Assembly (NCBI GenBank): GCA_964618645.1
Contig: CAZUBW010000011.1
Location: 2,367 to 66,366 of the forward strand
Source of the DNA: an uncultured Bacteroidales bacterium
GTDB lineage: Bacteria > Bacteroidota > Bacteroidia > Bacteroidales > UBA10428
Reading direction: 5' to 3'
DNA length: 64,000 nt
A model generated the notes under the pieces. The model saw only the letters and a program-made list of their open reading frames with translations, was not told the DNA's origin and did no database searches. This document shows, one piece after another, positions 46,384 to 55,247 of this stretch. How positions within the stretch are numbered: position 1 is the stretch's first letter; each line of letters opens with the position of its first letter. A program made the position numbers and the translations under genes.

Positions 46384-47745
46384 TTGTTTTTTACCTTGGA
46401 CGAAGAACCTTATCACCAGGCAATTGGTGCTGCATTGAACGTCACTGTCAATCCGTTTACCCTGGATCTGTTGGTAGCACTTATTGCCATTGTTGTATTT
46501 CTTTTTTTATCGGCGCTGGTTTCAGGAGCCGAAGCTGCTTTTTTTTCTTTGTCACCAGCTGAAATGGACCATATCAGAAGTGAAAAAACAAAGCGAAACC
46601 AAGCCATTGAACGAATGCTGGGCATACCCGAAAAACTCCTGGCTACCATTCTGGTGACCAATAATCTATTGAATATTGCCGTCATTATCATTTCGGGTTA
46701 TGTCAGCGCTTCTCTTTTCGACTTTTCTGAAGCAGAGGTCTTTGGTTTTATTATTGAAGTAGTGGTTATTACCCTGGTCATTGTTTTTGTGGGTGAAATT
46801 TTGCCTAAAATCACAGCCATCAGGTATGCCGGTAAGTTTGCCGGAATGATGGCGCTGCCACTCGAAATGGCCGAAAAAGTATGCCGGCCCATTAACATGA
46901 TTCTGATTAACTCTACATCGTGGATTCATGGCCGTTTTTCAAAGCAGGGCAAGTCTATCTCCATCGGCGACCTGTCGGATGCACTCGACCTCACCGAGCA
47001 TGATATAACGGATGAAAAAAAGATACTCGAAGGCATCGTGAAGTTCGGAAATATCGATGCAGGTGAAATTATGACACCACGTGTGGATGTCGTGGGCGCC
47101 GATATGCAGTATCGCTTCAAAAAGCTTATCGGGCTGATTGTCGAATCGGGATATTCGCGCATACCTGTTTATAACGGTGACCTCGACAACATCAAGGGCA
47201 TTCTTTATATTAAAGACCTGTTACCTTTTCTTGATAAACCCGATTCGTTCAATTGGCAATCGGTACTCCGGCCGGCCTATTATATTCCCGAGACCAAAAA
47301 AATAAACGACCTGCTGAAAGAATTCCAGACCACCAAAATTCACATGGCAGTGGTGATTGATGAATATGGCGGAACCATGGGTATTGTTACCCTCGAGGAC
47401 ATCCTTGAGGAAATTGTTGGTGAAATCACGGATGAATCCGACGGGGAGGAAGCCCATTTTGTCAAAATTGACGATTATAACTTCCTTTTTGAAGGTAAGG
47501 TGCTGCTCAACGATTTTTTTAAGGTTTTCGAAACCGAGGAAGAAGCTTTTGACGATGTGAAAGGGGAAGCCGATACACTGGCCGGTTTGATCCTGGAACT
47601 CAAAGGTGAACTTCCCCGCAAGAATGAGGTTATTCATTGTAAAGATTTTATTTTTACCATCAAATCGGTCGACCAGCGAAGAATTAAACAAATTCAGGTA
47701 ACACTGAGAAAGGTGAATAAGCGTGAAAACGAAAAATCAAAATAA
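46384..47745 (+). CDS. gldE: CNNM/DUF21-CBS-CorC_HlyC membrane protein, GldE-type
   Basis: 453 aa (TTG start in the ORF track). DUF21 TM region, a CBS pair (IMTPRVDVVGAD..GYSRIPVY; HMAVVIDEYGGTMGIVTLEDILEEIVGEI) and a CorC C-terminus. The mutY-ssb-gldE-gldD neighbourhood is as in Flavobacterium. Confidence 0.8.
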   Translation: MFFTLDEEPYHQAIGAALNVTVNPFTLDLLVALIAIVVFLFLSALVSGAEAAFFSLSPAEMDHIRSEKTKRNQAIERMLGIPEKLLATILVTNNLLNIAVIIISGYVSASLFDFSEAEVFGFIIEVVVITLVIVFVGEILPKITAIRYAGKFAGMMALPLEMAEKVCRPINMILINSTSWIHGRFSKQGKSISIGDLSDALDLTEHDITDEKKILEGIVKFGNIDAGEIMTPRVDVVGADMQYRFKKLIGLIVESGYSRIPVYNGDLDNIKGILYIKDLLPFLDKPDSFNWQSVLRPAYYIPETKKINDLLKEFQTTKIHMAVVIDEYGGTMGIVTLEDILEEIVGEITDESDGEEAHFVKIDDYNFLFEGKVLLNDFFKVFETEEEAFDDVKGEADTLAGLILELKGELPRKNEVIHCKDFIFTIKSVDQRRIKQIQVTLRKVNKRENEKSK

Positions 47746-48331
47746 CTACTTCAGATCCATTGTTTTATTTGCTCTGGCAATAGCATTTTCCATTTTGGTC
47801 GCCCCGGGCTGCCGGAAAAACTATACCCCCAAACCCAAAAGCTACTTCAGGATCGATTTCCCCGAAAAGAAATACATGGCGTATGAACCTGAGGGATGCC
47901 CCTACAGGTTTGATATTCCGGAATATGCACGTGTGGTTCCTTTTAAAGGGGCCATGGTGGAGCCCTGCTGGATCAATATCCAGTTTCCGGGATACAAGGG
48001 TACTATTCACATGAGTTATAAGACCCTGAATAATAACCTGGGTTCCCATGTCGAAGACATTCGCACCCTGGCCTATAAACATATCGTGAAGGCCGATGAT
48101 ATTGTCGAACATTCTTTTTCGTTTCCCGACCGCCGGGTTCACGGTATCATCTATGATATCAAAGGAAATACGGCCTCGTCGCTTAGCTTTTTTGCCACCG
48201 ACAGCGCCACGCATTTTCTGACCGGTGCGCTGTATTTTAATGTGTTGCCAAACAAGGATTCACTGGCCCCGGTAATCAGGTTTTTTACAGCCGATATCGA
48301 GCACCTGATTGAAACGTTGCAGTGGAATTAA
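47723..48331 (+). CDS. gldD: Gliding-motility lipoprotein GldD-like
   Basis: 202 aa (GTG start) overlapping the gldE end by 23 nt. Lipobox LVAPGC, and YFRIDFPEKKY early in the mature part. The call rests mainly on conserved synteny after gldE. Confidence 0.6.
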   Translation: MKTKNQNNYFRSIVLFALAIAFSILVAPGCRKNYTPKPKSYFRIDFPEKKYMAYEPEGCPYRFDIPEYARVVPFKGAMVEPCWINIQFPGYKGTIHMSYKTLNNNLGSHVEDIRTLAYKHIVKADDIVEHSFSFPDRRVHGIIYDIKGNTASSLSFFATDSATHFLTGALYFNVLPNKDSLAPVIRFFTADIEHLIETLQWN

Positions 48332-48351
48332 CCAATTAATCTTTCAAGACC

Positions 48352-48984
48352 ATGGCAATAATAATGAATGAGCATTTCGAATGCGGCTGCCAATTGGGCG
48401 TCTGGAAGATCACCGAAGATTTAAATACATTGCTGTCGCGTATAACCCTTACCCGCGAAGAACTTGATACACTCGACCGGTTTACGCATTTGCCCCGAAA
48501 GCTCGAATGGCTTAGCGTAAGGGTTTTACTGAACGAAATGACCAACAAAGAGCTATCGATTTATTACAATGGCAACCGGAAACCTTTTATCAAAGGAAAT
48601 TCCTATTATATCAGCATATCGCACTCGCGCGACCTGACCTCCATTTTGCTCAGCCACGAACGGAAAGTCGGTATTGACCTTGAATATATGTCGCACCGTA
48701 TTGGCAACATAGCCAACCGGTTTATCAACGAAAACGACGTGATTACCGGCAACGAAGAACTCAGGAAATACCATTTGTACATTCACTGGTGCGCCAAGGA
48801 AGCGCTTTATAAAATATGCGACAAACAGGATATCAATTTCAGGGATAATCTTACCATTGAGCAGTTTGAACCCGGAGAAAGCGGGACTTTCAGGGGCAGG
48901 GTTACCAATAGTTCCAGAGACGATGTGTTTCCGATGAATTATTTCTGCCTGGGAAACTATGTCGTGGTATGGACGTGTAAATGA
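48352..48984 (+). CDS. 4'-phosphopantetheinyl transferase superfamily protein
   Basis: 210 aa. Motifs ISISHSRD, GIDLEYM and WCAKEALYK (the W..KEA..K signature of Sfp-type PPTases). Confidence 0.75.
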   Translation: MAIIMNEHFECGCQLGVWKITEDLNTLLSRITLTREELDTLDRFTHLPRKLEWLSVRVLLNEMTNKELSIYYNGNRKPFIKGNSYYISISHSRDLTSILLSHERKVGIDLEYMSHRIGNIANRFINENDVITGNEELRKYHLYIHWCAKEALYKICDKQDINFRDNLTIEQFEPGESGTFRGRVTNSSRDDVFPMNYFCLGNYVVVWTCK

Positions 48985-49745
48985 TTATTCCAACACCCTA
49001 TATGACAACAAAGCCTTCGATATATCAATCAGTTTTTGCTTCGGGCCGCAAGTCTTTTGCCCTGCTGATCGATCCGGGAAAACAAACAACCGGAGAACTT
49101 GAAACGGTTATCCATACTGCCGGTTCGTCGGGTGTAGATGTTATACTGGTTGGCGGAAGCCTTACTTCATCGCCGGTTGATGTAACCATTGACAGGATCA
49201 GGCAGCTGAGCAACATACCGGTGGTATTGTTTCCGGGCAGCCTTTTGCAATTAAGCGACAATGCCGATGCTATCCTGCTGCTTTCGTTGTTATCGGGCAG
49301 AAATCCCGAGTACCTCATAGGTAATCATGTGCTGGCCGCGCAATTTCTGAAGAAATCAGGAATGGAAATCATCCCAACCGGTTACATACTGGTTGACGGC
49401 CATAGCCATACGTCTGTTGAGTATATCAGCAATACCAGGCCCATTCCTGCCTCCAAATCCGATATTGTTGTGGCTACGGCACTGGCAGGGGAGCAACTGG
49501 GACAAAAACTGATTTACCTTGAGGCCGGCAGCGGGGCTGGCGCCACTGTCAGGGACGAACTCGTGAGGGTGGTTAAATCGAATATAAATATTCCTGTTAT
49601 AGTGGGTGGCGGTATACGTACCCCGCAGGATGTGCACAAGCTATACGAGGCCGGAGCCAGTTGCATTGTGGCAGGTACGGTGGTGGAAGACGACTATACT
49701 ACGCTTACCTCGCTGGCAGCAGTAAAAGGTGAGTTTAACGGTTAA
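48981..49745 (+). CDS. Geranylgeranylglyceryl-phosphate synthase family protein (PcrB/GGGPS-like)
   Basis: 254 aa with an ATGA overlap to the PPTase stop. TIM-barrel motifs (LIDPGK; GVDVILVGGS; YLEAGSGAG; PVIVGGGIRTPQD) are typical of the GGGPS/HepGP synthase family. Confidence 0.75.
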   Translation: MIIPTPYMTTKPSIYQSVFASGRKSFALLIDPGKQTTGELETVIHTAGSSGVDVILVGGSLTSSPVDVTIDRIRQLSNIPVVLFPGSLLQLSDNADAILLLSLLSGRNPEYLIGNHVLAAQFLKKSGMEIIPTGYILVDGHSHTSVEYISNTRPIPASKSDIVVATALAGEQLGQKLIYLEAGSGAGATVRDELVRVVKSNINIPVIVGGGIRTPQDVHKLYEAGASCIVAGTVVEDDYTTLTSLAAVKGEFNG

Positions 49746-49958
49746 ACTTACCCCGCGGCAGCTCTTACGGAATCGCAGAACAATTACCTGTTGTTAATGG
49801 AAAGATTTCCCCCGTTCATCAAGTTTACCATCATCTTCGTTGAATAAAAAAAACTATTGCAGGCACCTTGCGTATCTTTAGACAAAGAACGCAAACAACA
49901 ACAAAAAACATATAACGATTTGCCCAAGTTGGTTTAGTTAGTAGTTTTGTTTAATGTG

Positions 49959-49991
49959 AAAAGGATCGTCAACGGACGATCCTTTTTTTTG
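49959..49991 (+). terminator. Strong Rho-independent terminator in a 494-bp intergenic region
   Basis: aaggatcgtc-aacg-gacgatcctt gives a perfect 10-bp stem, followed by T8. It lies 215 nt after the nearest upstream stop (49745), so it may terminate an independent small transcript. Confidence 0.8.
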
Positions 49992-50239
49992 TTTTATTAG
50001 CTTTATTTTAAACAGGTTACGGATATTGTTCATTTTTACCCGGGATTGTCTCATATTTTAATGTTGCTCGGTGTTTGCGCATTTTCGGCTAATTATTTCA
50101 CCTTGTTCCTTTTGCGAAAAATGCAAGGGTATTAATTCAACAGTATATTCAGAAGAAAAAAAATTTAAGCTATTCATAATGCCGGGTATTATTTTGCCTG
50201 GCGAATCTATATCTTTGCTGAAAGATATGTTCCGGTTTA

Positions 50240-50626
50240 ATGGTACAGGCAGAAAAGGTTAGAATCGACAAGTGGCTGTGGGCAGTGAGAATATTCAAAA
50301 CCCGCAACCTGGCCACAGAGGCCTGTAAAAAAGGCAGGATCATTATAAACGGTCAGGAAAGTAAACCTTCACACGAGGTGAAACCCGGAGAGATCATCCT
50401 GGTTCGCAAGCTTCCTGTTGTTTATACCCTTAAGGTGCTTGCACTGACCCATAACCGGCTGCCGGCGCCACGGGTCAGGGAATTCATGGAAGACCTTACT
50501 TCACCTGAGGAACTTGAAAAGCTTACCATTAACGAGAACCTGTTTTTTAAACGCGACAGGGGAGCAGGGCGGCCCACTAAAAAGGAGAGACGATTAATCG
50601 ATAACATTTTTAAAAGCGACTCCTGA
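50240..50626 (+). CDS. S4-domain RNA-binding protein (Hsp15/HslR-like)
   Basis: 128 aa. VRIDKWLWAVRIFKTRNLATEACKKGRIIINGQESKPSHEVKPGEIILV parallels the E. coli Hsp15 N-terminus. Confidence 0.8.
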   Translation: MVQAEKVRIDKWLWAVRIFKTRNLATEACKKGRIIINGQESKPSHEVKPGEIILVRKLPVVYTLKVLALTHNRLPAPRVREFMEDLTSPEELEKLTINENLFFKRDRGAGRPTKKERRLIDNIFKSDS

Positions 50627-50633
50627 AAACTCG

Positions 50634-50660
50634 TCCCTTGTCCCTTGTCCCTTGTCTCTA
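50634..50660. repeat. Heptanucleotide tandem repeat (TCCCTTG)x3 plus a degenerate unit
   Basis: tcccttg tcccttg tcccttg tctcta lies between the S4-domain gene stop and the next ATG (50676). Confidence 0.8.
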
Positions 50661-50675
50661 TTAAACAAACTGCCT

Positions 50676-51218
50676 ATGTTAATTGCCCGCGAAAAACGAA
50701 ACACCAATATTGCTGAATATATTCTCTATATGTGGCAGGTGGAGGACCTCATCCGTGCCTATCAGTTCAATATCGACCTGATTGATACAAACCTCATTGC
50801 ACAATATGCGCAACCCGAGCGGGTTAAAAACGATGTGCGCGACTGGTATGCCAACCTTTTGCTGATGATGTACCAGGAAGGGATAAGGGAAAAGGGGCAT
50901 CTGAGTTTTCTGAAAACCCTGGTCAATGAAGTAACCGATTTGCACCTGCGACTCATCAATAAAGAAGGAGAGACCGGGTATCGCGAACTTTTTGTCGACG
51001 CATCCCCAAACCTCGAAGCTTTCCGCGAGAAAACAGGTGACCAGGCCTCGGGCGATATTGAAACCTGTCTGAATGCATTGTACGGACTGTTGCTGTTACG
51101 CTTAAAAAAACAGCCAGTCAGTCGCGAAACTGAGCTGGCTATGGCTACTTTCAGCAAATTGCTGGCTTCTCTTTCCCAAAAGTTCCTTGAACTCGAAAAG
51201 GGCGAAAGGGAAATATAA
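50676..51218 (+). CDS. Conserved hypothetical protein (DUF4924-like)
   Basis: The ORF track begins at 50652 (TTG); the ATG at 50676 gives MLIAREKRNTNIAEYILYMWQVEDLIRAYQFNIDLI. This N-terminus is characteristic of a Bacteroidota-wide family. The DUF number is from memory. Confidence 0.6.
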   Translation: MLIAREKRNTNIAEYILYMWQVEDLIRAYQFNIDLIDTNLIAQYAQPERVKNDVRDWYANLLLMMYQEGIREKGHLSFLKTLVNEVTDLHLRLINKEGETGYRELFVDASPNLEAFREKTGDQASGDIETCLNALYGLLLLRLKKQPVSRETELAMATFSKLLASLSQKFLELEKGEREI

Positions 51219-51237
51219 AAAGGCTTTTCCGGTACTA

Positions 51238-53286
51238 TCAGAGCAATTCAATACTCCGTTTGACAAACCTGTTCAATTCCTCTCCTTTCAGCATATTGTT
51301 TGATAGCAGGGCAATATCGATGAGTTGTTGAACAATTTTGTTTTCTTTTCCGAACTTGGTGAGTAAATCCTGCCGTTTGTCCTCGAATTCACCGATCTTC
51401 TTATCGAGTTCGGCAATCCTGTCCTTATCGGCCTGGGGAATTTCTTCCTCTTTCTTGTCCTTGTTGGCTTTTTCCATTTCCGACTTATTATCCTGTATGG
51501 GTTTGAGCTTTTCGTTCAGCTTGTCGAGTTCTTTTCTGACCTTCTTTTCTTTTTCCTCGTGAATGCGCGTTACAAGCGGATGGTTAGCGTTAATTACCAC
51601 ATTATAGGTGCTGGGTAACTCGCCATAGAAGCTCATCGGACCGCCCATCTGTGACATGTCCTTCATCCTTCGCATGAACTCCATCTGGGTAATCAGCACG
51701 GGCTGGTCGGTTTCAGCCAGGCTTTCGAAGGTAACCGAATAATTGGCCTTGGTTTCCGGCAGCAGGCTTTTGAAAACCGGTTTAAGTTCTTCCTGCTGGT
51801 CGGGGGTAAGTTTCGATTCCCGGGTGACGTCCTTTTGAATCAGCTTGTCGATCACATCGCTGTCGACACGGACAAAATGAGATTCCTTGAACTTGGTTTC
51901 AAGCTGGTTGATAAAGTGCATGTCGAGGTGACCGTCCATCACCAGTACATCGTAGCCTTTGTTACGGGCCGACTCGATGTAGCTGAACTGGCCTTCGGTA
52001 TCGGTGGTGTAAAGGTAGATAAGCGTTTTGTTCTTGTCCTTCTGGTTTTCCTTGATGAGTTTTTCATATTCTTCAAAGGTGAAGTACTTGCCTTCGGTAT
52101 TTTTGAAGAGTGCAAATTTGGCAGCCTGGTCGTAGAACTTTTCTTCGGAGATCATCCCATACTCTATGAAGAGCTTTAAATCGTCCCATTTCTTCTCGAA
52201 CTGCTCACGGTCGTTTTTGAAAATATCACTCAGCCGGTCTGCTACTTTTTTGGTGATGTGGCCCGATATCTTTTTCACGTTGGAGTCGCTTTGCAGGTAG
52301 CTGCGCGAAACATTCAGCGGAATGTCGGGCGAGTCGAGCACACCATGCAACAGGGTAAGAAATTCGGGGACGATACCTTCCACCGAATCGGTAACAAAAA
52401 CCTGGTTGCAGTAAAGCTGTATTTTGTTTTTTTGGATGTCAAAATTGCTTTTGATCTTCGGGAAGTAAAGGATTCCCGTTAAGTTAAAGGGATAATCGAC
52501 ATTCAGGTGTATGTTAAAAAGAGGCTCTTCAGCCATGGGATAAAGCTCACGATAAAAGGCTTTGTAATCTTCATCCGTTACATCGGCAGGTTTTTTGGCC
52601 CACAGCGGGGTGGTGTTGTTAATGATTTTGTCTTCGTCGAGTTCCACCGATTTTCCGTCTTTCCACTCGGTTTTTTTACCAAAGCCAATGGGAACGGGCA
52701 GGAATTTGCAGTATTTGTTAAGAATGCCGTCGATACGCGACTCCTCGAGAAATTCCTCCGATTCTTTGTCGATGTGCAGGATAATGTCGGTTCCCCTGGT
52801 CACTTTATCGCTTTCAGTCAATTCGTAGTCGGGGGTGCCATCACATATCCACTTGACTGCTTTGCTGCCTTCCTGGTACGATTTGGAAATAACTTCCACC
52901 TTTTCCGATACCATGAAGGAAGAATAGAAGCCGAGGCCAAAATGACCGATGATATTGTTTGCCTGGTTTTTATACTTCTCCAGGAAGTCTTCGGCGCTCG
53001 AAAAAGCAATCTGGTTAATATACTTATCCACTTCTTCGGCTGTCATGCCAATGCCCTGGTCGGATATGGTGAGCGTTTTGGCTTTCTTATCAAGCCTGAT
53101 GCGTACGGTGAGGTCGCCCATTTCTCCTTTGAAATCGCCCATATTGGCAAGGGTTTTCAGTTTCTGCGTTGCATCCACGGCATTGGATACGACTTCCCGT
53201 AGGAAAATCTCATGATCGGAATACAGAAACTTTTTAATGATGGGGAAAATGTTTTCAGTGGTAACGCCAATTTTACCTTTCTGCAT
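51238..53286 (-). CDS. htpG: Molecular chaperone HtpG (Hsp90)
   Basis: The Met at 53286 gives MQKGKIGVTTENIFPIIKKFLYSDHEIFLREVVSNAVDA, an Hsp90 N-terminal ATPase signature. GLGFYSSFMV, middle and C-terminal domains are present. The ORF track start at 53310 adds 8 aa. Confidence 0.95.
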   Translation of the reverse strand: MQKGKIGVTTENIFPIIKKFLYSDHEIFLREVVSNAVDATQKLKTLANMGDFKGEMGDLTVRIRLDKKAKTLTISDQGIGMTAEEVDKYINQIAFSSAEDFLEKYKNQANNIIGHFGLGFYSSFMVSEKVEVISKSYQEGSKAVKWICDGTPDYELTESDKVTRGTDIILHIDKESEEFLEESRIDGILNKYCKFLPVPIGFGKKTEWKDGKSVELDEDKIINNTTPLWAKKPADVTDEDYKAFYRELYPMAEEPLFNIHLNVDYPFNLTGILYFPKIKSNFDIQKNKIQLYCNQVFVTDSVEGIVPEFLTLLHGVLDSPDIPLNVSRSYLQSDSNVKKISGHITKKVADRLSDIFKNDREQFEKKWDDLKLFIEYGMISEEKFYDQAAKFALFKNTEGKYFTFEEYEKLIKENQKDKNKTLIYLYTTDTEGQFSYIESARNKGYDVLVMDGHLDMHFINQLETKFKESHFVRVDSDVIDKLIQKDVTRESKLTPDQQEELKPVFKSLLPETKANYSVTFESLAETDQPVLITQMEFMRRMKDMSQMGGPMSFYGELPSTYNVVINANHPLVTRIHEEKEKKVRKELDKLNEKLKPIQDNKSEMEKANKDKKEEEIPQADKDRIAELDKKIGEFEDKRQDLLTKFGKENKIVQQLIDIALLSNNMLKGEELNRFVKRSIELL

Positions 53287-53435
53287 GGTAGTATCTTTTA
53301 GGTTCGACATATATCATTTAGCTGCTTGCTGCCGGTTCAACAATTATGCCGTACACCGAAAACTGACATTAAGTCATGAATACTATGGCAAAAATGACAA
53401 ACTGGGAGGGTTTACTGAGCGGAGTCGAAGCATTC

Positions 53436-53539
53436 CGCTGCCGCTGCCACTGCTACTGCCACTGCCACTGCTACTGCTAGTGCTACTGCTACTGCCACTG
53501 CCGCTGCCACTGCTACTGCCGCTGTCGCTGCCACTGCTG
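53436..53539. repeat. Imperfect hexanucleotide microsatellite (RCTGCY)x17
   Basis: gctgcc gctgcc actgct actgcc actgcc actgct actgct agtgct ... actgct lies between the stop of 53547..54383 and the htpG start. The same hexamer family (6 units) encodes the (Thr-Ala)n linker of dsbD at 41706-41741. Confidence 0.9.
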
Positions 53540-53546
53540 ACAGATT

Positions 53547-54383
53547 CTAATTCCTCACATCCACATCTTCCACCAGTATCCAGGAATCCTTTTCAAAGCG
53601 GAAGCCGTCGTATGAAAAGTCGGGGCCATAATGTTCATATTGGCCTGTAAACGAAGGCCGCGAAGGGGAGAGGTGGTCAAAGACGATCATTTTCATGTCT
53701 TCGTTCCATTTCAGGCTCATCTGAACTTTAGCGGAATATTCAAACAGAACGCGGCTTTGAATGCCTTTTGGAAGGCGAAATACCGGTTTCCCGAAAACCG
53801 GTTCACCGGCCGGGTTAAACCACAGCACATCCATCAGCTTTTTTGAGGTGAACAGGTTGTTGGGGTCGTAACCGAGCAAGGTATACAGGGTTTCGCCGGC
53901 AGATTTCATCTCCACAATTTCGTAAACCAGGCAACCGTACCAGCTGGCCGGGCTTCCGGTTTCGGTTGTCGCATGGGTGAAGTTGTCGCTGTTGTCGGTG
54001 AGCCTGAAAACCTGTGGTTCTTTTCCGGATACCCTGCTCATCAGGAAGCCGTAATAAACATGGGTGCCGTCTTTTAGCGGGATATTCCAGGTGATCAGCC
54101 TGATTTTCTTATCGGAAGAGGTAATCTTACCCATGGTTTTCAACTGGTCAAAAGGGTACTCGAATGCACCGGGGATTTTCAGCGCTGCTGCCAGCTGGTT
54201 GGCAAAGCTGTCGGAAACAGCCAGGTTGTTTTCATCGGAGTGGCCGGGGGAAATTTCCGAAAGCAGCGCTTTTAGTGCGGTTTCGGATTCAGGCAGTGAA
54301 ACCTGCCGGCATGCAGTTCCCTGTGCCGGGTATATAATGCCAAGCAATAGGATGAGTATGGAAAATAGATAGCTGGAATTCAT
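53547..54383 (-). CDS. Conserved hypothetical secreted protein
   Basis: 278 aa with a signal peptide (FSILILLLGIIYPAQG). No family recognised. Codon usage and length are consistent with a real gene. Confidence 0.6.
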   Translation of the reverse strand: MNSSYLFSILILLLGIIYPAQGTACRQVSLPESETALKALLSEISPGHSDENNLAVSDSFANQLAAALKIPGAFEYPFDQLKTMGKITSSDKKIRLITWNIPLKDGTHVYYGFLMSRVSGKEPQVFRLTDNSDNFTHATTETGSPASWYGCLVYEIVEMKSAGETLYTLLGYDPNNLFTSKKLMDVLWFNPAGEPVFGKPVFRLPKGIQSRVLFEYSAKVQMSLKWNEDMKMIVFDHLSPSRPSFTGQYEHYGPDFSYDGFRFEKDSWILVEDVDVRN

Positions 54384-54445
54384 TACCTCAAAATCTCATT
54401 GTTCACGATTCAAACAATGGGTGGCAAAAACCTTGCCGGGAATTA

Positions 54446-55147
54446 CTATTTTATGATGAGGTTGATATCCTTCAGCAGCTTGTCCTTGTAGGATTTGCCA
54501 ATGGGAATGGATTTGGCACCTTCCTGTGTTTTGATAATGACCGAATTGTCTTCGATGATATTTATCCGGCTGGTATTCACAATAAAAGAGCGGTGAACCC
54601 GACTGAACTTATTGGTTGGCAGTTTGGTTTCCACGGCCTTCATGGTAAAGTGGATGGTGAACTTCTCGTTGAAGGTGTTGAATATCACGTAGTTTTCCAG
54701 GGCTTCCACCCAAAGGATGTCTTCGTATTTAAGCCTGACCAGTGCTGAATTCTTTTTGATGAAGATTTCATTCTCTTTGTTATCGACCTTATTCTTGAAC
54801 CGGATGTTGGCTTTGTTGATGGCCTTGAAGAAACGGCTGTATGAAATGGGTTTCAGCAGGTAATCAGTAACATCGTAGTTGAAAGCGTCAAGGGCGTATT
54901 TTTCCTTAGATGAAATAATGATGATCTGCGGGGGGTTGGTCAGGGTTTCCAGAAAGTCGATCCCGCTCATCTCCGGCATTTCAATGTCGAGAAAGATCAG
55001 GTCGATATCCTCCTCGCCGTTGAAAACATTGATAGCATCCACGGCGTTTTCGTAAGATGCCAGCAGGCGCAGCTGATCGGTGCGGGAGATGAACTCCTCG
55101 ATTATCCTTCGGGACATCAGGTCGTCGTCAATGATAATACAATTCAT
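54446..55147 (-). CDS. LytTR-family two-component response regulator
   Basis: 233 aa. Receiver domain (MNCIIIDDD..DLIFLDIEMPEMSGIDF..IIIISS) plus a LytTR DNA-binding domain (ILWVEALENYVIFNT..FSRVHRSFIVN). No kinase gene adjacent. Confidence 0.9.
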   Translation of the reverse strand: MNCIIIDDDLMSRRIIEEFISRTDQLRLLASYENAVDAINVFNGEEDIDLIFLDIEMPEMSGIDFLETLTNPPQIIIISSKEKYALDAFNYDVTDYLLKPISYSRFFKAINKANIRFKNKVDNKENEIFIKKNSALVRLKYEDILWVEALENYVIFNTFNEKFTIHFTMKAVETKLPTNKFSRVHRSFIVNTSRINIIEDNSVIIKTQEGAKSIPIGKSYKDKLLKDINLIIK

Positions 55148-55247
55148 AAAAGGAAGATTTCGTCAATGGGTATTGGAACTTCGTCAAATTTTTTTCAAAT
55201 ATATGAAAAAAAAGTATGCAAAGGATTTGAAAGAGGAGAATAAAACC

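Noticed and set aside
52507-53202. 231-aa ORF on the plus strand (and other plus-strand ORFs between 51.3 and 53.2 kb)
   Set aside because: It is antisense to htpG, whose Hsp90 identity is certain. There are no independent features.
53416-53549. Possible TAG read-through extension of gene 53547..54383 into the microsatellite (an Ala/Val-rich tail of about 43 codons, open to a TAA)
   Set aside because: The open frame is an expected by-product of a stop-free hexamer repeat. There is no recoding signal, and the tail has no plausible function. I kept it only as part of the microsatellite finding.
53237-53650. 137-aa ORF with a Leu/Pro-rich run (PLPLLLPLPLLLL...)
   Set aside because: The run is just the hexanucleotide microsatellite read in one frame. 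The ORF also overlaps the htpG start and the end of the neighbouring gene on the opposite strand.
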